Assembly: GCF_006345805.1 (NCBI RefSeq)
Contig: NC_043003.1
Coordinates: 16,988,001-17,052,000, forward strand
Length of the DNA stretch: 64,000 nucleotides
Direction of reading: 5' to 3'
Origin: Octopus sinensis
Lineage: Eukaryota
Shown here: positions 40,022 to 53,979 of the stretch, piece after piece
Layout of the letters: each line of letters opens with the position of its first letter
Position numbering within the stretch: position 1 is the stretch's first letter
Notes under the pieces: model-generated
What the model was told of the DNA's origin: nothing
The model's database searches: none
What the model saw: only the letters and a program-made list of their open reading frames with translations
Made by a program: the position numbers and the translations under genes

Positions 40022-40743
40022 TAAAATGAAATGTTATCTGTCAGGAGTTGGACCAGAAATTTTAGGTAAGTGGGTAATTTGATTACACCAACTCCACAAA
40101 AGGATGAAAGGCGATGTCACCATCAGCAGCATTTCAACGCGGAGCGCATAGAGCTGGAAGAAATGCCAGTAAGCATTTGTTCGTTGTGTTAGTGACTCTG
40201 TCACTTCGCCGCCTTTAAATAGCCTCTTAATTCTGGAAACAATTAAGATGTTCTAATTGTATAGGTTAGCTGAGGCAATCATTAATTTACAAGGAAAATG
40301 GAATGCTGAAGGGACATTAACACGAAGTTTTGTAACATTCTTAAGCCATGTTTACAACTACAATAAATATTTCTTAGCAAATAGCTTATCGAGCTTTTTA
40401 TTTTTATGGCTGTTATAAATGTTTTAAGCAAATAGCTGCATAACCCTATAACGATGAACCTCCGGTAACATTTACGTGTTTTATTACAATGCATTATGTA
40501 ACTGTAAGCGTGCAGCCGAGTTTAATAAATACATGAAATAGCTTTAATGATACTAATTATATCTCATAACACACACACACACACACACACGCACATATAC
40601 GCAAAAAACAATACCGGAGTTGCTGTAATTATGAGCTTTTAGTTATAATAATGTATTAATGGGTACTCTACACTTACGCATTGAGTCCTGTAATTTGTCG
40701 CTTTTTGGTGAATCAACCTAACTGTGTATATATATATATATAT

Positions 40744-41112
40744 GTTCAGCAAACAATTTAGATTCAAATGAATATGGCACTTGATTTAGATGCACCAGAA
40801 TTTTTTATGGTATTACCCATAAAAATATGCGGGGTGATTATAATCAAAAATAAGCAACAAGAATGGATCCGGTAATTTAGTACGATTATTTCATACTATA
40901 ACATTTTATTAAAAGCTGTAAATATTACAGCAGATATAATATGTCAAGTAATCTTCAGCTAATTTCATATAGGTTTTCCAATAATATAAAATTCTCAAAT
41001 CAATTAGTAACATCCTAGAGAAGGTAAATATACAGATAAAGATGTAGAAATGAATTTCAGGAACATGAGATAGTATTGTTAGGATTCTAAACAGACCAAA
41101 ATTAAGTTCACA

Positions 41113-41158
<46 letters not shown>

Positions 41159-41550
41159 AGTTCAGCAAAATTTAGATTCAGATCTATATGGTACTTAAGT
41201 TAAAGGCAGCAGAATTTTGTATGGTATTATCCATATAAATCAAATGGGGTGATTATAATCAAAATAAGCAACAAGGATATCCAAGGTAGTGCAGTACAAT
41301 CGTTTCATGCTACTTCATTTTACTAAACACTGTAAGTATTACATCAGTTTTAAAATGTCAAGCAATCTTCAACTACGTATAGAATTTTTTAATTAAATGG
41401 ACAATGTACATTTTAATTAAAAAATTCTATATGTAGCTGAAGATTGCTCGACATTTTAAAACTGATGTAATACTTACAGTGTTTAGTAAAATGAAGTAGC
41501 ATGAAACGATTGTACTGCACTACCTTGGATATCCTTGCTGCTTATTTTGA

Positions 41551-41551
<1 letters not shown>
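40744..41551. mobile_element. Two related (TA)n-embedded repeats; the second has a ~140-bp-arm fold-back
   Basis: Both begin GTTCAGCAAA..TTTAGATTCA. Inverted arms 41258-41399 and 41409-41551. Confidence 0.75.
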
Positions 41552-41590
<39 letters not shown>

Positions 41591-41675
41591 CATCATGTTG
41601 AACCGTTAATCCCTACACGTTTTTTTTTCACTTTGGTTTATTTTTCGTTCTCTATCCATTCTTTCCTCCCAACAC

Positions 41676-41710
41676 TTTCTGACGAGGAGCGTAGGCTCGA
41701 AACGTCAAAA
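41676..41710 (+). ncRNA. Minimal type-I hammerhead ribozyme within a ~210-bp repeat (41588-41800)
   Basis: TTT-CTGACGA-G-GAGC gtag GCTC-GAAACGTC-AAA. Core intact, palindromic ACGT stem III, GUC triplet. Stem I is short. Confidence 0.7.
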
Positions 41711-41797
41711 ACATCTCCGTTCTTCTTCAGCGTTAGACTAATAGACCTGCTTTTTGTTCCCTCACCTGTCTTTTTTGTCTTCTATAAATTTGAACTG

Positions 41798-41878
<81 letters not shown>

Positions 41879-42131
41879 CGTGTGTATCACGTAAGGCTAG
41901 AGATGGGAGCGTTGACTTCTCCTCGCAAATACTAATTGGACACAGTAGGTGTGTTGTTAGCCAATTGGAGGAGATGGCTTCCTTGGGCTATAAACGTGTT
42001 AGTAGCACTGTCCTGTATAGGATGCCACACTTTCTTGGCATTTATATGTTACGATATATATATATAGAGTATATATATATATATGTGTATATATATATAT
42101 ATATGTGTGTGTGTGTATATATATATGTATG

Positions 42132-42165
<34 letters not shown>

Positions 42166-42189
42166 TATATACATACATACATACATACA

Positions 42190-42220
<31 letters not shown>

Positions 42221-42280
42221 GTATATATATATTCGATTTAGGAAAGAGAAGATAGATTTGGTATTAGTTTTTATTCCGTA

Positions 42281-42688
42281 CTAGCAGCATAGCCCGGCGT
42301 TGCCCGGGTATGTAAGAGCCCCTAGTAGGCAACGACTAATCCCAATCTAGTTCTTTCCCTCTAGGGAACGAAGGCGCATGTGTAGGTTGCAACGTCTTCT
42401 CTTCACTCGAACACTTCTATGTATACGATGTTCCTAGCTGTCTCCCGACAGAAAATGTGTTGCATATAAAAAGCTTAGATTCTGGACCCCATGTCGAATT
42501 TATCGATTTGTTTCAAAACTGGGGGAACTTTACAAAATTTTCGCTGCGTTAGTTTTGAATTATGACATTGGGCTATGTGTGTGTCAAGTTTCATCAGAAT
42601 CGGTTGAAAGCCGTGGTCAGGGTGAGGGTACAACCTGACAGACACACAGACACACAGACAGACAAACTGCCGTTTATATATAGAGAGA
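42281..42688 (-). mobile_element. Non-autonomous Helitron
   Basis: Minus strand 5' end A|TCTCTCTATATATAAACGGC. 3' hairpin CCCGGGCAACGCCGGG, then CTAG|T. Confidence 0.88.
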
Positions 42689-43141
42689 TAAATGCTCATC
42701 GTCAACACCAACGAAGATCCCACCATATGTTTCTCTCTCTTTCTATCCTTCTCTCTTCCCTCTCCCCCTCTGTATATATGAGTGATAAATAAAAAAAATG
42801 CTATATATACTACAGTGCATGTTACAACATTAATGGTCAATGTAAACATTAAATTCTACTAAACATTTCTGTTTCAGCTACGTCTCTAAAAACACATGTG
42901 GTTTCCAGTCAACAGTGTTGGTGTCTAATCTGGGCAAAACGCCAGAATCTTTTGTAGATTGGAAAAGTTGATTTTGTACTTATATTATCGACCTCCAGAA
43001 ATCTGAAAGATCAAGTCATCCTCAGCAGGATTTGGATTTAGAATGTAATGAGAATCATAACCTGAAAAACACCATAAGACACTTTATCCCATGCTTGATC
43101 GAATCTTAAAAGCTCCCCCAGCTTCATGAATTTATAATTAA

Positions 43142-43529
43142 CTAGCAGTATCGCCCGGCGTTGCTCGGGTTTGTTTCGACCCTTTAGAATTGTAATTTTT
43201 GAAAAGTAAAAATTCTGCATTATGTAGCTTGTTATTCTCATTACGTGAACATTTTTCTGGTTGAAATACACCGAAAAATGGCAACACAGCAGTCAAAAAA
43301 TCGAAAAAAATAGGGATTTTCATAGAAAAAAAGCACCCTGTTGATGTTCATAATTTTTGGTGTTAACATGGTCCGATTGGAATTTTTCTTCTACGGAATG
43401 AAGAGCAAGCCTTCTATCATACTTTCAATTTTGGTCAACTTGCACCGCAGGGTCTTCGAGGAGATAGTGTTAGTTGATGGCTACCAAACCTGCGATACAC
43501 AGACAACTTTAGCTTTATATATAGAGAGA
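43142..43529 (-). mobile_element. Non-autonomous Helitron (second subfamily)
   Basis: 5' TC, 3' CCCGAGCAACGCCGGG hairpin plus CTAG, A|T target. Confidence 0.9.
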
Positions 43530-43634
43530 TTAACTGATTGACATAATAAGCTTACGTGTTTTCCGTTTTTTCTGATATTGCTTCATGCGAATATCACCTT
43601 CTACCACTGTCAATTGATTTACCGAATCGGTTGA

Positions 43635-44425
43635 AGGCGGCGAGCTGGCAGAAACGTTAGCACGTCGGAAGAAAGGCCTAGCGGTATTTCGTCTGTCGTT
43701 ACGTTGTGAGTTCAAATTCCGCCGAGGTCGACTTTGCCTTTCATCCTTTCGGGGTCGATAAATTAAGTACCAGTTACGCACTGGGGTCGATGTAATCGAC
43801 TTAATACCTATGTCTGTCCTTGTTTGTCCCCTCTGTGTTTAGCCCCTTGTGGGTAATAAAAGAATTAGGTATTTCGTCTGTCGTTACGTTCTGAGTTCAA
43901 ATTCCGCCGAGGTCGACTTTGCCTTTCATCCTTTCGGGGCCGATTAGATAAGTACTAGTTACGCACCGGGGTCGATATAATCTACTTAATCCGTTTGTCT
44001 GTCCTTGTTTGTCCCCTCTCTGTTTAGCCCCTTGTGGGTAGTAAAGAAATAGGTATTTCGTCTTCCGTTACGTTCTGAGTTCAGATTCCGTTGAGGTCGA
44101 CTTTGCCTTTCATGCATACGGGGTCGATAAAATAAGTACCAGTTATGCACTGGGGTTGATATAATCGACTTAATCCGTGTGTCTGTCCTTGTTTGTCCTC
44201 TCTGTGTTACTCGTAACCCTAATTGTGGGCAGTTACCGCGCCGGACAGAATGCTTAGCGGTATTTCTTCTGACTTTACATTTTAAGTTCAAATGCCACCA
44301 GGGTCGACTTTGCCTTTCATCTCTTCAGAGTCGATAAAATAAGTCCCAATTGAGCACTGGAGTCGATGTACTCGACTTAACACCTTCCTGAAATTGCTTA
44401 CCTTGTGGCAAAATTTGAAGCCAAT
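43635..44425 (+). mobile_element. SINE family B: head plus three tandem units, then an older copy
   Basis: Same structure as 15281-15940. Confidence 0.9.
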
Positions 44426-44904
44426 TTACAGTAAATTCTAATGATTCGTGTCGTTTTTCTTATCGTATTAAATTTGAAACATTATTTTCAATAAGTAATT
44501 CATTTCTCCTTTGTTTCTTATAATATTTTGTTTAATTCCTGTTAGGAAATAAAGCAATTTGGCAGAATATAATAAACACTATGAAATCAAGTAGTTTTGT
44601 ATACTGAATTAGAATTCAAATAATAATAAATGCAAGCGCTTATCTTATAAACAGGAACCTAACGATAGAAAACGACGCGTTAACGCTCTCAAACCTGTCT
44701 GCGATGAAGTCTCATAAGACAACGGCATTATGCGGATAAAATAACACCGGGCGCAAACGATTATTATGATCATGACGCAAGAAATGAAATTAAGTGTTTG
44801 AAAAGTTGGGTGGAATTCATAAACAGAATCTTTTGGTTAAAGTCCAACCTGTAGATTTTTATTGTTCATCCGCTAATTTGTTAAACAGATGAGAAGATAG
44901 GTAT

Positions 44905-44975
44905 TTAATTACCTCCGCGTTTCACTTCTGCAAGCGCATGCGCACCTCTCGGTTCTATAAAAACATGCAACAGTA
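44905..44975 (+). promoter_or_regulatory. Candidate Pol II core promoter (NRF1-like site plus TATA box)
   Basis: GCGCATGCGCA at 44934-44944 and TATAAAA at 44956-44962, within a CpG-enriched non-repeat stretch. Confidence 0.35.
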
Positions 44976-45128
44976 AACTCATTATAACCACTATATTTAT
45001 ATGGCTTTCAGTAAATGTTTGTATAGCGCAGCGTTCGTATATACTAATGTGTATATGTCTGTAACTCTATATACCAGCTTAGATTTACTAAAATTTTAAA
45101 TATAATTGCATTTCCTTATTTTCATTTA

Positions 45129-45177
<49 letters not shown>

Positions 45178-45574
45178 GATTATTATTATTATTATAACCA
45201 CCACATTTTGCTTCTCTATCTTCATCACAGTAAGATATAAACGGACGCCTAGGAAAATAGTATTGTTTCTTATAAAAAAAAAAGAACGCGCAGCGCGTGA
45301 TGATATCGTAAGGTTTACTATTGCAAGATAGAGGGTGGTATTGTGCTATGTGGAATCATATCGTTATAAAGTTATTTGGTTCGGCGCCAAAGCAGTTAAG
45401 TATAGCTATGGCGGCCAAAAGGCACGCCTTTATAATGAAAATTAAAACAAATAATACTTTTAGATTAGATAAATCACAGCTGGTTGATGGTCACTTTTTT
45501 TTGTTGGTACTTGTATCTACTTAAACATAGGATGTCCACTTGAAATTTTAACTGAATGATATCTGTCATGTATA

Positions 45575-45967
45575 TCTCCAAATATATAAAGCTGAAGTTT
45601 TCTGTGTATCGCAGGTTTGGTAGCCTTCAACTAACACTATCTCCTCCGAGACCCTGCGGCGCAAGTTGACCAAAATTGAGAGTAGGATAGAAGAGGGCTT
45701 GCTCTTCCTTCCGTAGAAGAAAAAATTCAAATCGGACCATGTTAACACCAAAAATTATTAACATAAAAAAGGTGCTATTTTTCTATGAAAATCCCTATTT
45801 TTTAACGATTTTTTGTCTGCGGTGACGCCATTTTTCGGTGTATTTCAACCAGAAAAATGTTCACTTAAAGAGAATAACAAGCTACATAATGCAAAATTTT
45901 TACTTTTCAAAAATTATAATTCTAAAGGGTCGAAGCAAACCCGAGCAATACCGGGCGCTACTGCTAG
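45575..45967 (+). mobile_element. Non-autonomous Helitron, same subfamily as 43142-43529
   Basis: A|TCTCC...CCCGAGCAATACCGGG...CTAG|T. Reverse-complement homologue of 43142-43529. Confidence 0.9.
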
Positions 45968-46289
45968 TGGCTATATACATTAACGAAAACAGCCGTTTTA
46001 TTAATTGTAAACGTTTGAGAAAGAAGATATAAACCTAAACAAAATTCACAATTAGGATTACGAGTAAATTTCGAGCCAATGACCCGTAAAGAAAAATTTA
46101 TGCTTTTGTACAATTAAGGGTCATACGAGAATCTCTAGTTGATTTCGTTGCTTTTCAAGTTCAAATGGAAGCAAGATCAAGTAAATTTTAGAAATTTCGA
46201 AAATATAATTAATGATAATAGTAAGTGGTAGAATATCCAATGTGACTCGTTGCCGCTTATATATTATGTCTTCTTAAAGTTATATACTT

Positions 46290-46575
46290 ACATGCATACA
46301 CCCGCACATACACACATACATACAAACATACATACATACATACGCACATACACACATACACACACACTCGCACACACACACGTACACACATATGTACAAG
46401 CATACATACATACGTACACACACATACACACACATTCGCCCACACACATTCGCCCACACACAAACACTCACACACACACATATACATGCATAAAACATAC
46501 ATTCATACGTACACACATACGCACACATACACACACACACACTTGCACACACACACACACATATACACACACATA
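46290..46575. repeat. Degenerate (CA)n/(CATA)n microsatellite
   Basis: Direct reading. Confidence 0.9.
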
Positions 46576-46930
46576 TTTACTAGTTTAAAGTAAAAAATAA
46601 CCACTATTTATTAATGAGAAGATAATGAAAATTTGTGGAGAGGAGACAATCACAAAGACCCCCCAACCCCACATATATTAGCGGTTTGGCAAAAGAGGCC
46701 GATAGAATAAATACTAGGCTTCAAAGAAATGTCCTGGGGATCGATTTGTTCGACTAAAAATCTCTTCAATGTGGTGCTCCAGCATGGCTGCAGCCAAATG
46801 ACTGAAGCAAGTGAAAGAATAAACAAATATATACATAGTACATAAATAACGCACATCATACACACACACACACACACTCACACACACACACTTATACACA
46901 TATACATACATACATACATACATACATACA

Positions 46931-46989
<59 letters not shown>

Positions 46990-47280
46990 TAACTAAGCAT
47001 AGATACACATAGAGGTATACGCATGCGCAGATAAAAACACATACAATAAGAATACAAATACAAAATGGCTGATCGTTATTAAGGAGAGACACACTAATAA
47101 GAAAGAAGAAAGTAAAGGACCTCTGATGAGGTCACAGAAGTGTGACGAAAGAAGTGTGGCCGAAATAAGATTAAGATTAATGTAAAAAATAAATAAAGCT
47201 GAAGCAAATTAACACCAAATATATAGTGCGTGTGTTTTATTGGCTAAACTGGCAACGTGACCATTCCTAAATACAACAAC

Positions 47281-47346
<66 letters not shown>

Positions 47347-48194
47347 TGTACATATATACTATGGGCTTCCACAGTTTTCATCGACTAAATTCATTCAGAA
47401 ACATATCAAACGGGTTTCTAAAAGAATATTATATATTACAATGCTTAATCTATTGAAATCAGTGAAAATAACAGATATAGTGACTCGTTATGTTTAAGGT
47501 TGCAGATTTAATAAAGTAGAAGATATCAATTAGCTTTATAACTTCCTGGTTTCTGATAACATTTCGCTCTAATTAACTTAAATATCGTAAACTTTCACAT
47601 CTTTAGCAGAAGAGGAAAAGGAGTTGATGGTCTTCAATTACTATATCTTAAAGTTATAAATAACATAAATAATGTAAAAGGATACCAAACAGGACTCGAA
47701 ATCCGAAATCAAGGCGTGATCGTAAGTTACGGAAATCATGCATTCTCGGAATATTAATTTTGAAAACATAGTTTCTATTTATCTACATTGCCCCCTGCCA
47801 GTTGCAACATAATTCATAATTTATATAGCTGCAGGTATTCAGATAAACGCCGAACACTCACCTGCATATACACGGGAAGATATATAGAATGAGTATAATG
47901 ATTCGCTAATGACGACCTAATTCTTATGCCACCAATTGCTTCTTCGGTGATTATAAGTTTATCAAGTTTACAATCCCAGTTATCTCGGTACAATTTCGTT
48001 TCATTGGTTCAATATATGAAATGATATTAACAGATATTTCTTACATATAAAGACAGTTATTTTAAATAGCATTTACAATTATTGTATTGGAGGATTTCAA
48101 ACAGCGCCGATGTCGACTTTGATTTTTATCCTTTGGGGTAGGACCAGATTAAAACTAGTAGAAGCCCTAAAGTCTTAAAAAATGTTTGTGTCCC

Positions 48195-48253
<59 letters not shown>

Positions 48254-48450
48254 GTATGTATATAATCAAAATAAGCAACAAGAATATCCAGAGGTAAAGC
48301 AGTATGATCGTTTCATGCGACTCCATTTAATTGAACTATGCAAACATTACATCAATTTAAAATGTAGAGCAATCTTCAAGCTGAATAAGAATATAGAATT
48401 TAGTTAAATTCGATGGACTCATTTGTATAATTTATGTATGTATATATATA

Positions 48451-48625
48451 TTTCATTTTTGGATTTGGTTTGCAAGATTCTTTATTGAGTTCGTGTGTTG
48501 AAGCATATTCTGTTTGAATGGAGAGAGTAATTTTCTTTTTGTGCCTTATAATTTAAAACACTTACTGGTAAAATTTCTACTTATTTCTTATTCTTATTTT
48601 CCTAAAATTTTCGTTGCGTCTTACC
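48451..48625 (-). mobile_element. Third copy of the 15999-16160 repeat
   Basis: TTTTCCTAAAATTTTCGTTGCGTCTT and GGATTTGGTTTGCAAGATTC. Confidence 0.75.
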
Positions 48626-50452
48626 ACATATATATAATGCAAAATGTAAACCATAATAGAACATAAAATAAACAAAACTAACTGTAAGATGGAAAATAAT
48701 GTTTCTTTTTGTATATTTCCACTTTGTATATTTTGCATATTCGAAAAGTTTTCCCTTAATTTGTTTTTTAATTGCCAAGTCTTTGATCAGATCCTCATTA
48801 TGAGACCATGAACACTTCGAAATTATATTACCGATCATATAAACCACTTCGTATATTATTTTAGCAAGTTTAAAAGATTTCTTTTGTACCACTTACCATT
48901 TTGTGGTGCTCCCCTTCCCTTATTTTGCTTAATGGTGGATCCAGTGTTGCTTTGGGTGTTGATAAAATAATTACCAGTTGAGCATTGGGTGGGTGGGGTC
49001 TATGTAATCAACTAATTCCCCTTCCCTTACAAATTGCTGTCCTTGTGCAAATTTAGAAAGAATTGTTATATCAGGGGATTAAGGCGGTGGGCTGGCAGAA
49101 TCGTTAGGACGTCGAGTATAATACTTAGTGACATACCTCCTGGCTTATTTACGTTCTGAGTTCAAATTCCGCGTAGGTCAATTTTACCTTTCATCCTTTT
49201 GGGGTCGATATAATAATTATCAGTTGAGCACTTGGGCCAATGTGATCAACTAACACCTCCTCAAATATTCTTCTTGCCTAAATTAGAAAGAATTACAGTA
49301 TTCTGTAATCAGTACCTCTAAATATTACATTTATTCTCAGAGCGAGTCTAAATAAATTATGGCCGCCTTTATAATGAATAGTAATTAATGGATTTGAAAA
49401 ATTTTTGAACTGGGAATAAAACTTAAAATCATAAATATATATTTGGTCTAGCTGTAATTGCATGGAATTTAGGCTTATTGTCTGGAGATAAGAGAAGAGT
49501 CATATGTCATCTTGGGGTTTTTCTTGAATTATCTCCCTTGTCAGCCGAAGCTTTTCTAAACTGCCATTTGATATTTATGATATATCCCCTAGAGGTGGTG
49601 GTAATTTTAGTAAACCAAGAATTTATGCCATATGGTATTTGATATACTTGCATTTGTCTATGTTGCTCAGATACGTGCTGCTGGCCATTTTGAGTTTCTT
49701 CTCTTAGTACATTTTTTTGTTTAAACTATGCAAACCACCTACGCTATTTATGTGTTCTACTCATTATTGCATAAATCTAAGTAACCAGAGATAGGGTCAA
49801 ACCGTTGTCGTGGTAATGAGGGATATTGAACCAGAAACACGTGTGGACGAACGTCCTCTTAACTATAGACTGTAATCCAGTCCTTCTCATTAAAGACATG
49901 AGAGTTTTGGAGAATTTATGAATCATGAGATTGTCAGATTGTCTCCCTTCCTCGAGTGTAGTGAGTTTTAATTGCCATTTGATGTTATGATGTATCGTTT
50001 AGAGGTGGAAGAAATTTTGCTAAACCAATAATTTATATTGCATGGTATCTGACAATACATACACACGCGAGTGCGCATATTATTTAATAAATACAATATA
50101 AGTATTTACACGATACTATTAGTTTCATGTGCTGAGAGCATGCCAGACAGTGTTATTTAGCACGTCTGGTGTACTAGCACAATCATCAGACACACAGACT
50201 CTGCCGACGTGGCACTCAACGCATGAAATCAATAGTAGCACATAAATTACATATACTGTATTTATTAAGTAATATTCATTTCTCAGCAGATGGAGTACTT
50301 TTCTGTAGATCTTACCATCACGGAACAGTGTACTATATGGTGCTACAGCATGACCGCAGTCTAACGACTGAAACGGGTACTATGTACACACACACACATA
50401 CACACACACTCACACACGCACATATATATATCTTTTACATGTATGTATGTAC

Positions 50453-50500
<48 letters not shown>

Positions 50501-50502
<2 letters not shown>

Positions 50503-51792
50503 CATGTACAGCAATTCGTTAGAATGATCTGTGCATCTAAGTGTAGGAAGTTAGTAAAATTCGAGCGACTAGTACATATGTCATAAGCTTTACTTTGATA
50601 TAAGACAGTACTCTCCGTGTTTTACCTGTTCCATTCTTTTTGTTTTCGGGGTCTTTTTTCAAGTTAATTTTAGCTCATTTTTGTTTATTTTCAGATCATT
50701 AAAATGGAATGTCAAGTTAAGAAAAATGAGCATTTTCGACACCTCCTTCTTTTCCCTTTTAATCAAGGTTCTAAGGCCGCAAAAGCTGCTCGCGACATTT
50801 GTGCTGTTTATGGAGAGGGTGCTATAGCTGAAAGAACCGCTCGTGATTGATATGCCAAGTTCAAAAATGGAAATTTTGACCTCAAAGACGCACCTCGTTC
50901 TGGTCGTCCAGTTGAGTTCGACAAAGAGCAATTAAACCAACTTTTGCACTAAAATTCTCGTCAAACGACAAGGGAACTAGCAGAGAAAATGGAATGTTCC
51001 TACACTGCTATAGAGAAGCATCTTCATTCGATGGGTTCCGCATGCTTTAAGTGACAACAACAAAAATCAATAAGCCACAATCTCCGCTGGTTTGCTTGCT
51101 CGTCACCGCTCAACTCATGGACACAAGCAACGATTTCTTTACCGAATCGTTACTGGCGACGAAAAATGGTGCCTGTACATCATGAAGCAGCGTAAGGAAT
51201 GGCTTAGCCCCGGTAAACAAGCGACACCGCGCGTGAAACAGGATCTTTATCCAAGTAAAACGATGTTGTGCGTATGGTGAGACTGGGAAGGGCTTTTCCA
51301 TTACGAATTGCTTGAATGGATCCAAACAGTCAACGCGGAACTCTATGTTCAACAGATGGAACGTCTCAACACGGCTATTTAACAGAACAGAAAAGACCTA
51401 ATTGGCAGCATGGAGTTCTTCTGCTGCATGACAATGCCCGCCCTCATATCGCCAATATGACCAAGGAAGCCATTCAAACGCATGGCTGGGGAGTGCTGCC
51501 ACACCTGCCGTACTCTCCAGATTTGGCACCAACGTATTTCCACCTCTTTCGAATGCTATGCGCGGAGCTTCGTTCAATACTGATGCAGAATTGAGACCTT
51601 GGTTGGATCAGTTTTTCCAGTCGAAGTCGGGTGATTTCTATTAACGAGGTATCGAAAATCTTGTTGAACGTTGGGAAGAAGTTGTAAACAACAAAAGTGA
51701 ATACATTATTGATTAATTAGTTGTTATTTTTTTATTAAACCTTTTAAAAAATTTGAATTTAAAAAACGGCAGGAACTTAGTTGCCAACCCAA
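50501..51792 (+). mobile_element. Near-full-length mariner; transposase pseudogene 50703-51716
   Basis: MECQVKKNEHFRHLL, RIVTGDEKW, LLHDNARPH and PHLPYSPDLAP motifs. 3' TIR GGAACTTAGTTGCCAACCCAA followed by TA. Contains stops and frameshifts. The 5' TIR is not visible next to the (TA)n. Confidence 0.95.
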
Positions 51793-52074
51793 TAATTACG
51801 AAATATGTATTCGCATAATTGTTAGGATAATCAATTTCTGTAAATTAATTTTGAATTTCAAGTTGATATTTTAATGGAGATTTCTATAATTTTAGTAATC
51901 TCTCTAAAATGTTTACTTTCTGCGCAACAAATTGAAAATATTTGTTTCATTGACTGTATGGCTACTTCCGTATATTAATCGATTCGCTTTTGATACCGTA
52001 CACACACACACACATACGCGCGCACACACACACATGCACGCTCCCTCCACTCACACAGAATATATGTGCGTATG

Positions 52075-52105
<31 letters not shown>

Positions 52106-52113
52106 ATATATGC

Positions 52114-52144
<31 letters not shown>

Positions 52145-52259
52145 CACAAACACACTTATATACATACATATATACCTATGTACTCGTATTTACATAAATT
52201 ATAATTTGTGTATTTGATGCAATATTTATATATATATATATACATATACACGCACAAAG

Positions 52260-52619
52260 AGCTTCTTTCAGTTTCCGTCTACCAAATCCAGTCACAAGGC
52301 TTTGGTCGGTCCGGGGCTATAGTAGAAGACATTTGTGCAACGTGACGTGCGATGGGCCTGAATCTGAGACCATATGGTTGAGAAGGAAGCTTCTTGCCAG
52401 ATATTCATGCCCGTATATATATAAATACATAAAATACACTATATATATATATATATAGGTGCAAGCGTAGCTGTATGGCAAGGAGCTTGTTTCCCAACCA
52501 CATGGTCCCGGGTTCAGTCCCACTGCATGGCACCTTTGGCAAGTGTCTTCTACTATGGCCTCGGTCCAACCAAAACCTTGTGAGTGGATTTGATAGACAG
52601 GAACTGAAAGAAGCTCGTC

Positions 52620-52620
<1 letters not shown>
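52260..52620. mobile_element. Two SINE family A heads, head-to-head (52260-52412 minus, 52457-52620 plus)
   Basis: Family head sequence in opposite orientations. Confidence 0.8.
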
Positions 52621-52696
<76 letters not shown>

Positions 52697-52745
52697 GCCT
52701 GTCTGTCTGTATGTCTGTCTGCCTGTCTGTCTGTTGGTCTGTCTG

Positions 52746-52801
<56 letters not shown>

Positions 52802-53072
52802 AATAATAAGGGAGATATATTGAATATTAATTTAATTAATATCAATTTAAAACCAGTAGCCTAGCATATAGAAAAATCTGAAAAAATCAGAGAAAATTCT
52901 AATACATGTGTATATTTAAAGGGCTAAACACCACTATGTGGTCAGCCATATGCTAGAAGTAGATCATCTACGATCAAACTACAAAGAAAAGAATCTTCTC
53001 TAGAGAAAAATTCAGCGGACACCAGAACAATATGCGGGCAAGACATGAAAATTATATAAAAAAACAAGATTT

Positions 53073-53140
53073 AATCACAGACCGGCGGTTTCGCCTATTA
53101 ACGAATGAATCCCTCGCCCGTAGTGCTCGTCAGTACGATC
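53073..53140 (-). ncRNA. Type-I hammerhead ribozyme
   Basis: Minus strand GATCGTA-CTGACGA-GC(A)CTA...TAGGC-GAA-ACC gcc GGT-C-TGTGATT. Core complete with GUC triplet. Stem I is 7 bp including G.U pairs. Confidence 0.75.
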
Positions 53141-53557
53141 TGTACACAAGTAATATAATTTGTAAAACTAACCACCAGTTTTCCGTATAAAAACAGACAC
53201 GTACTTAGTTTCACCGATTACATTGGAGTTAATTTCAAATGTCTGAGTTCTGGCGCGCTAAAAATTCCGGAAACAAAATCCACAGTAAATAATTTACTGC
53301 AGTTAATGCTGCCTATTAGAGAACATATTTATTTTAACATTTAAATAATGAGGGAGATAAATTGAATTTTAATTTAATTAATATCAATTTAAAACCAGTA
53401 GCCTAGCATACAAAAATCTGAACAATCAGAGAAATACATTCTAATACATGTGTATATTTAAAGTGCTGAAAAACCACTATGTGGTCAGCCATATGCTAGA
53501 AGTAGATCATCTGCGATCAAATTACAAAGAAAAGAATGTTCTCTAGAGAAAAATTCT

Positions 53558-53592
<35 letters not shown>

Positions 53593-53605
53593 GTCTATCT
53601 ATCTA

Positions 53606-53709
<104 letters not shown>

Positions 53710-53979
53710 AATAATAAGGAGATATATTGAATATTAATTTAATTAATATCAATTTAAAACCAGTAGCCTAGCATATAGAAAAATCTGAAAAAATCAGAGA
53801 AAATTCTAATACATGTGTATATTTAAAGGGCTAAACACCACTATGTGGTCAGCCATATGCTAGAAGTAGATCATCTACGATCAAACTACAAAGAAAAGAA
53901 TCTTCTCTAGAGAAAAATTCAGCGGACACCAGAACAATATGCGGGCAAGACATGAAAATTATATAAAAAAACAAGATTT

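Noticed and set aside
50703-51716. Active or domesticated (SETMAR-like) transposase
   Set aside because: In-frame stops, frameshifts, loss of the WVPHEL region and a mutated third catalytic Asp (YSPDLAPTY).
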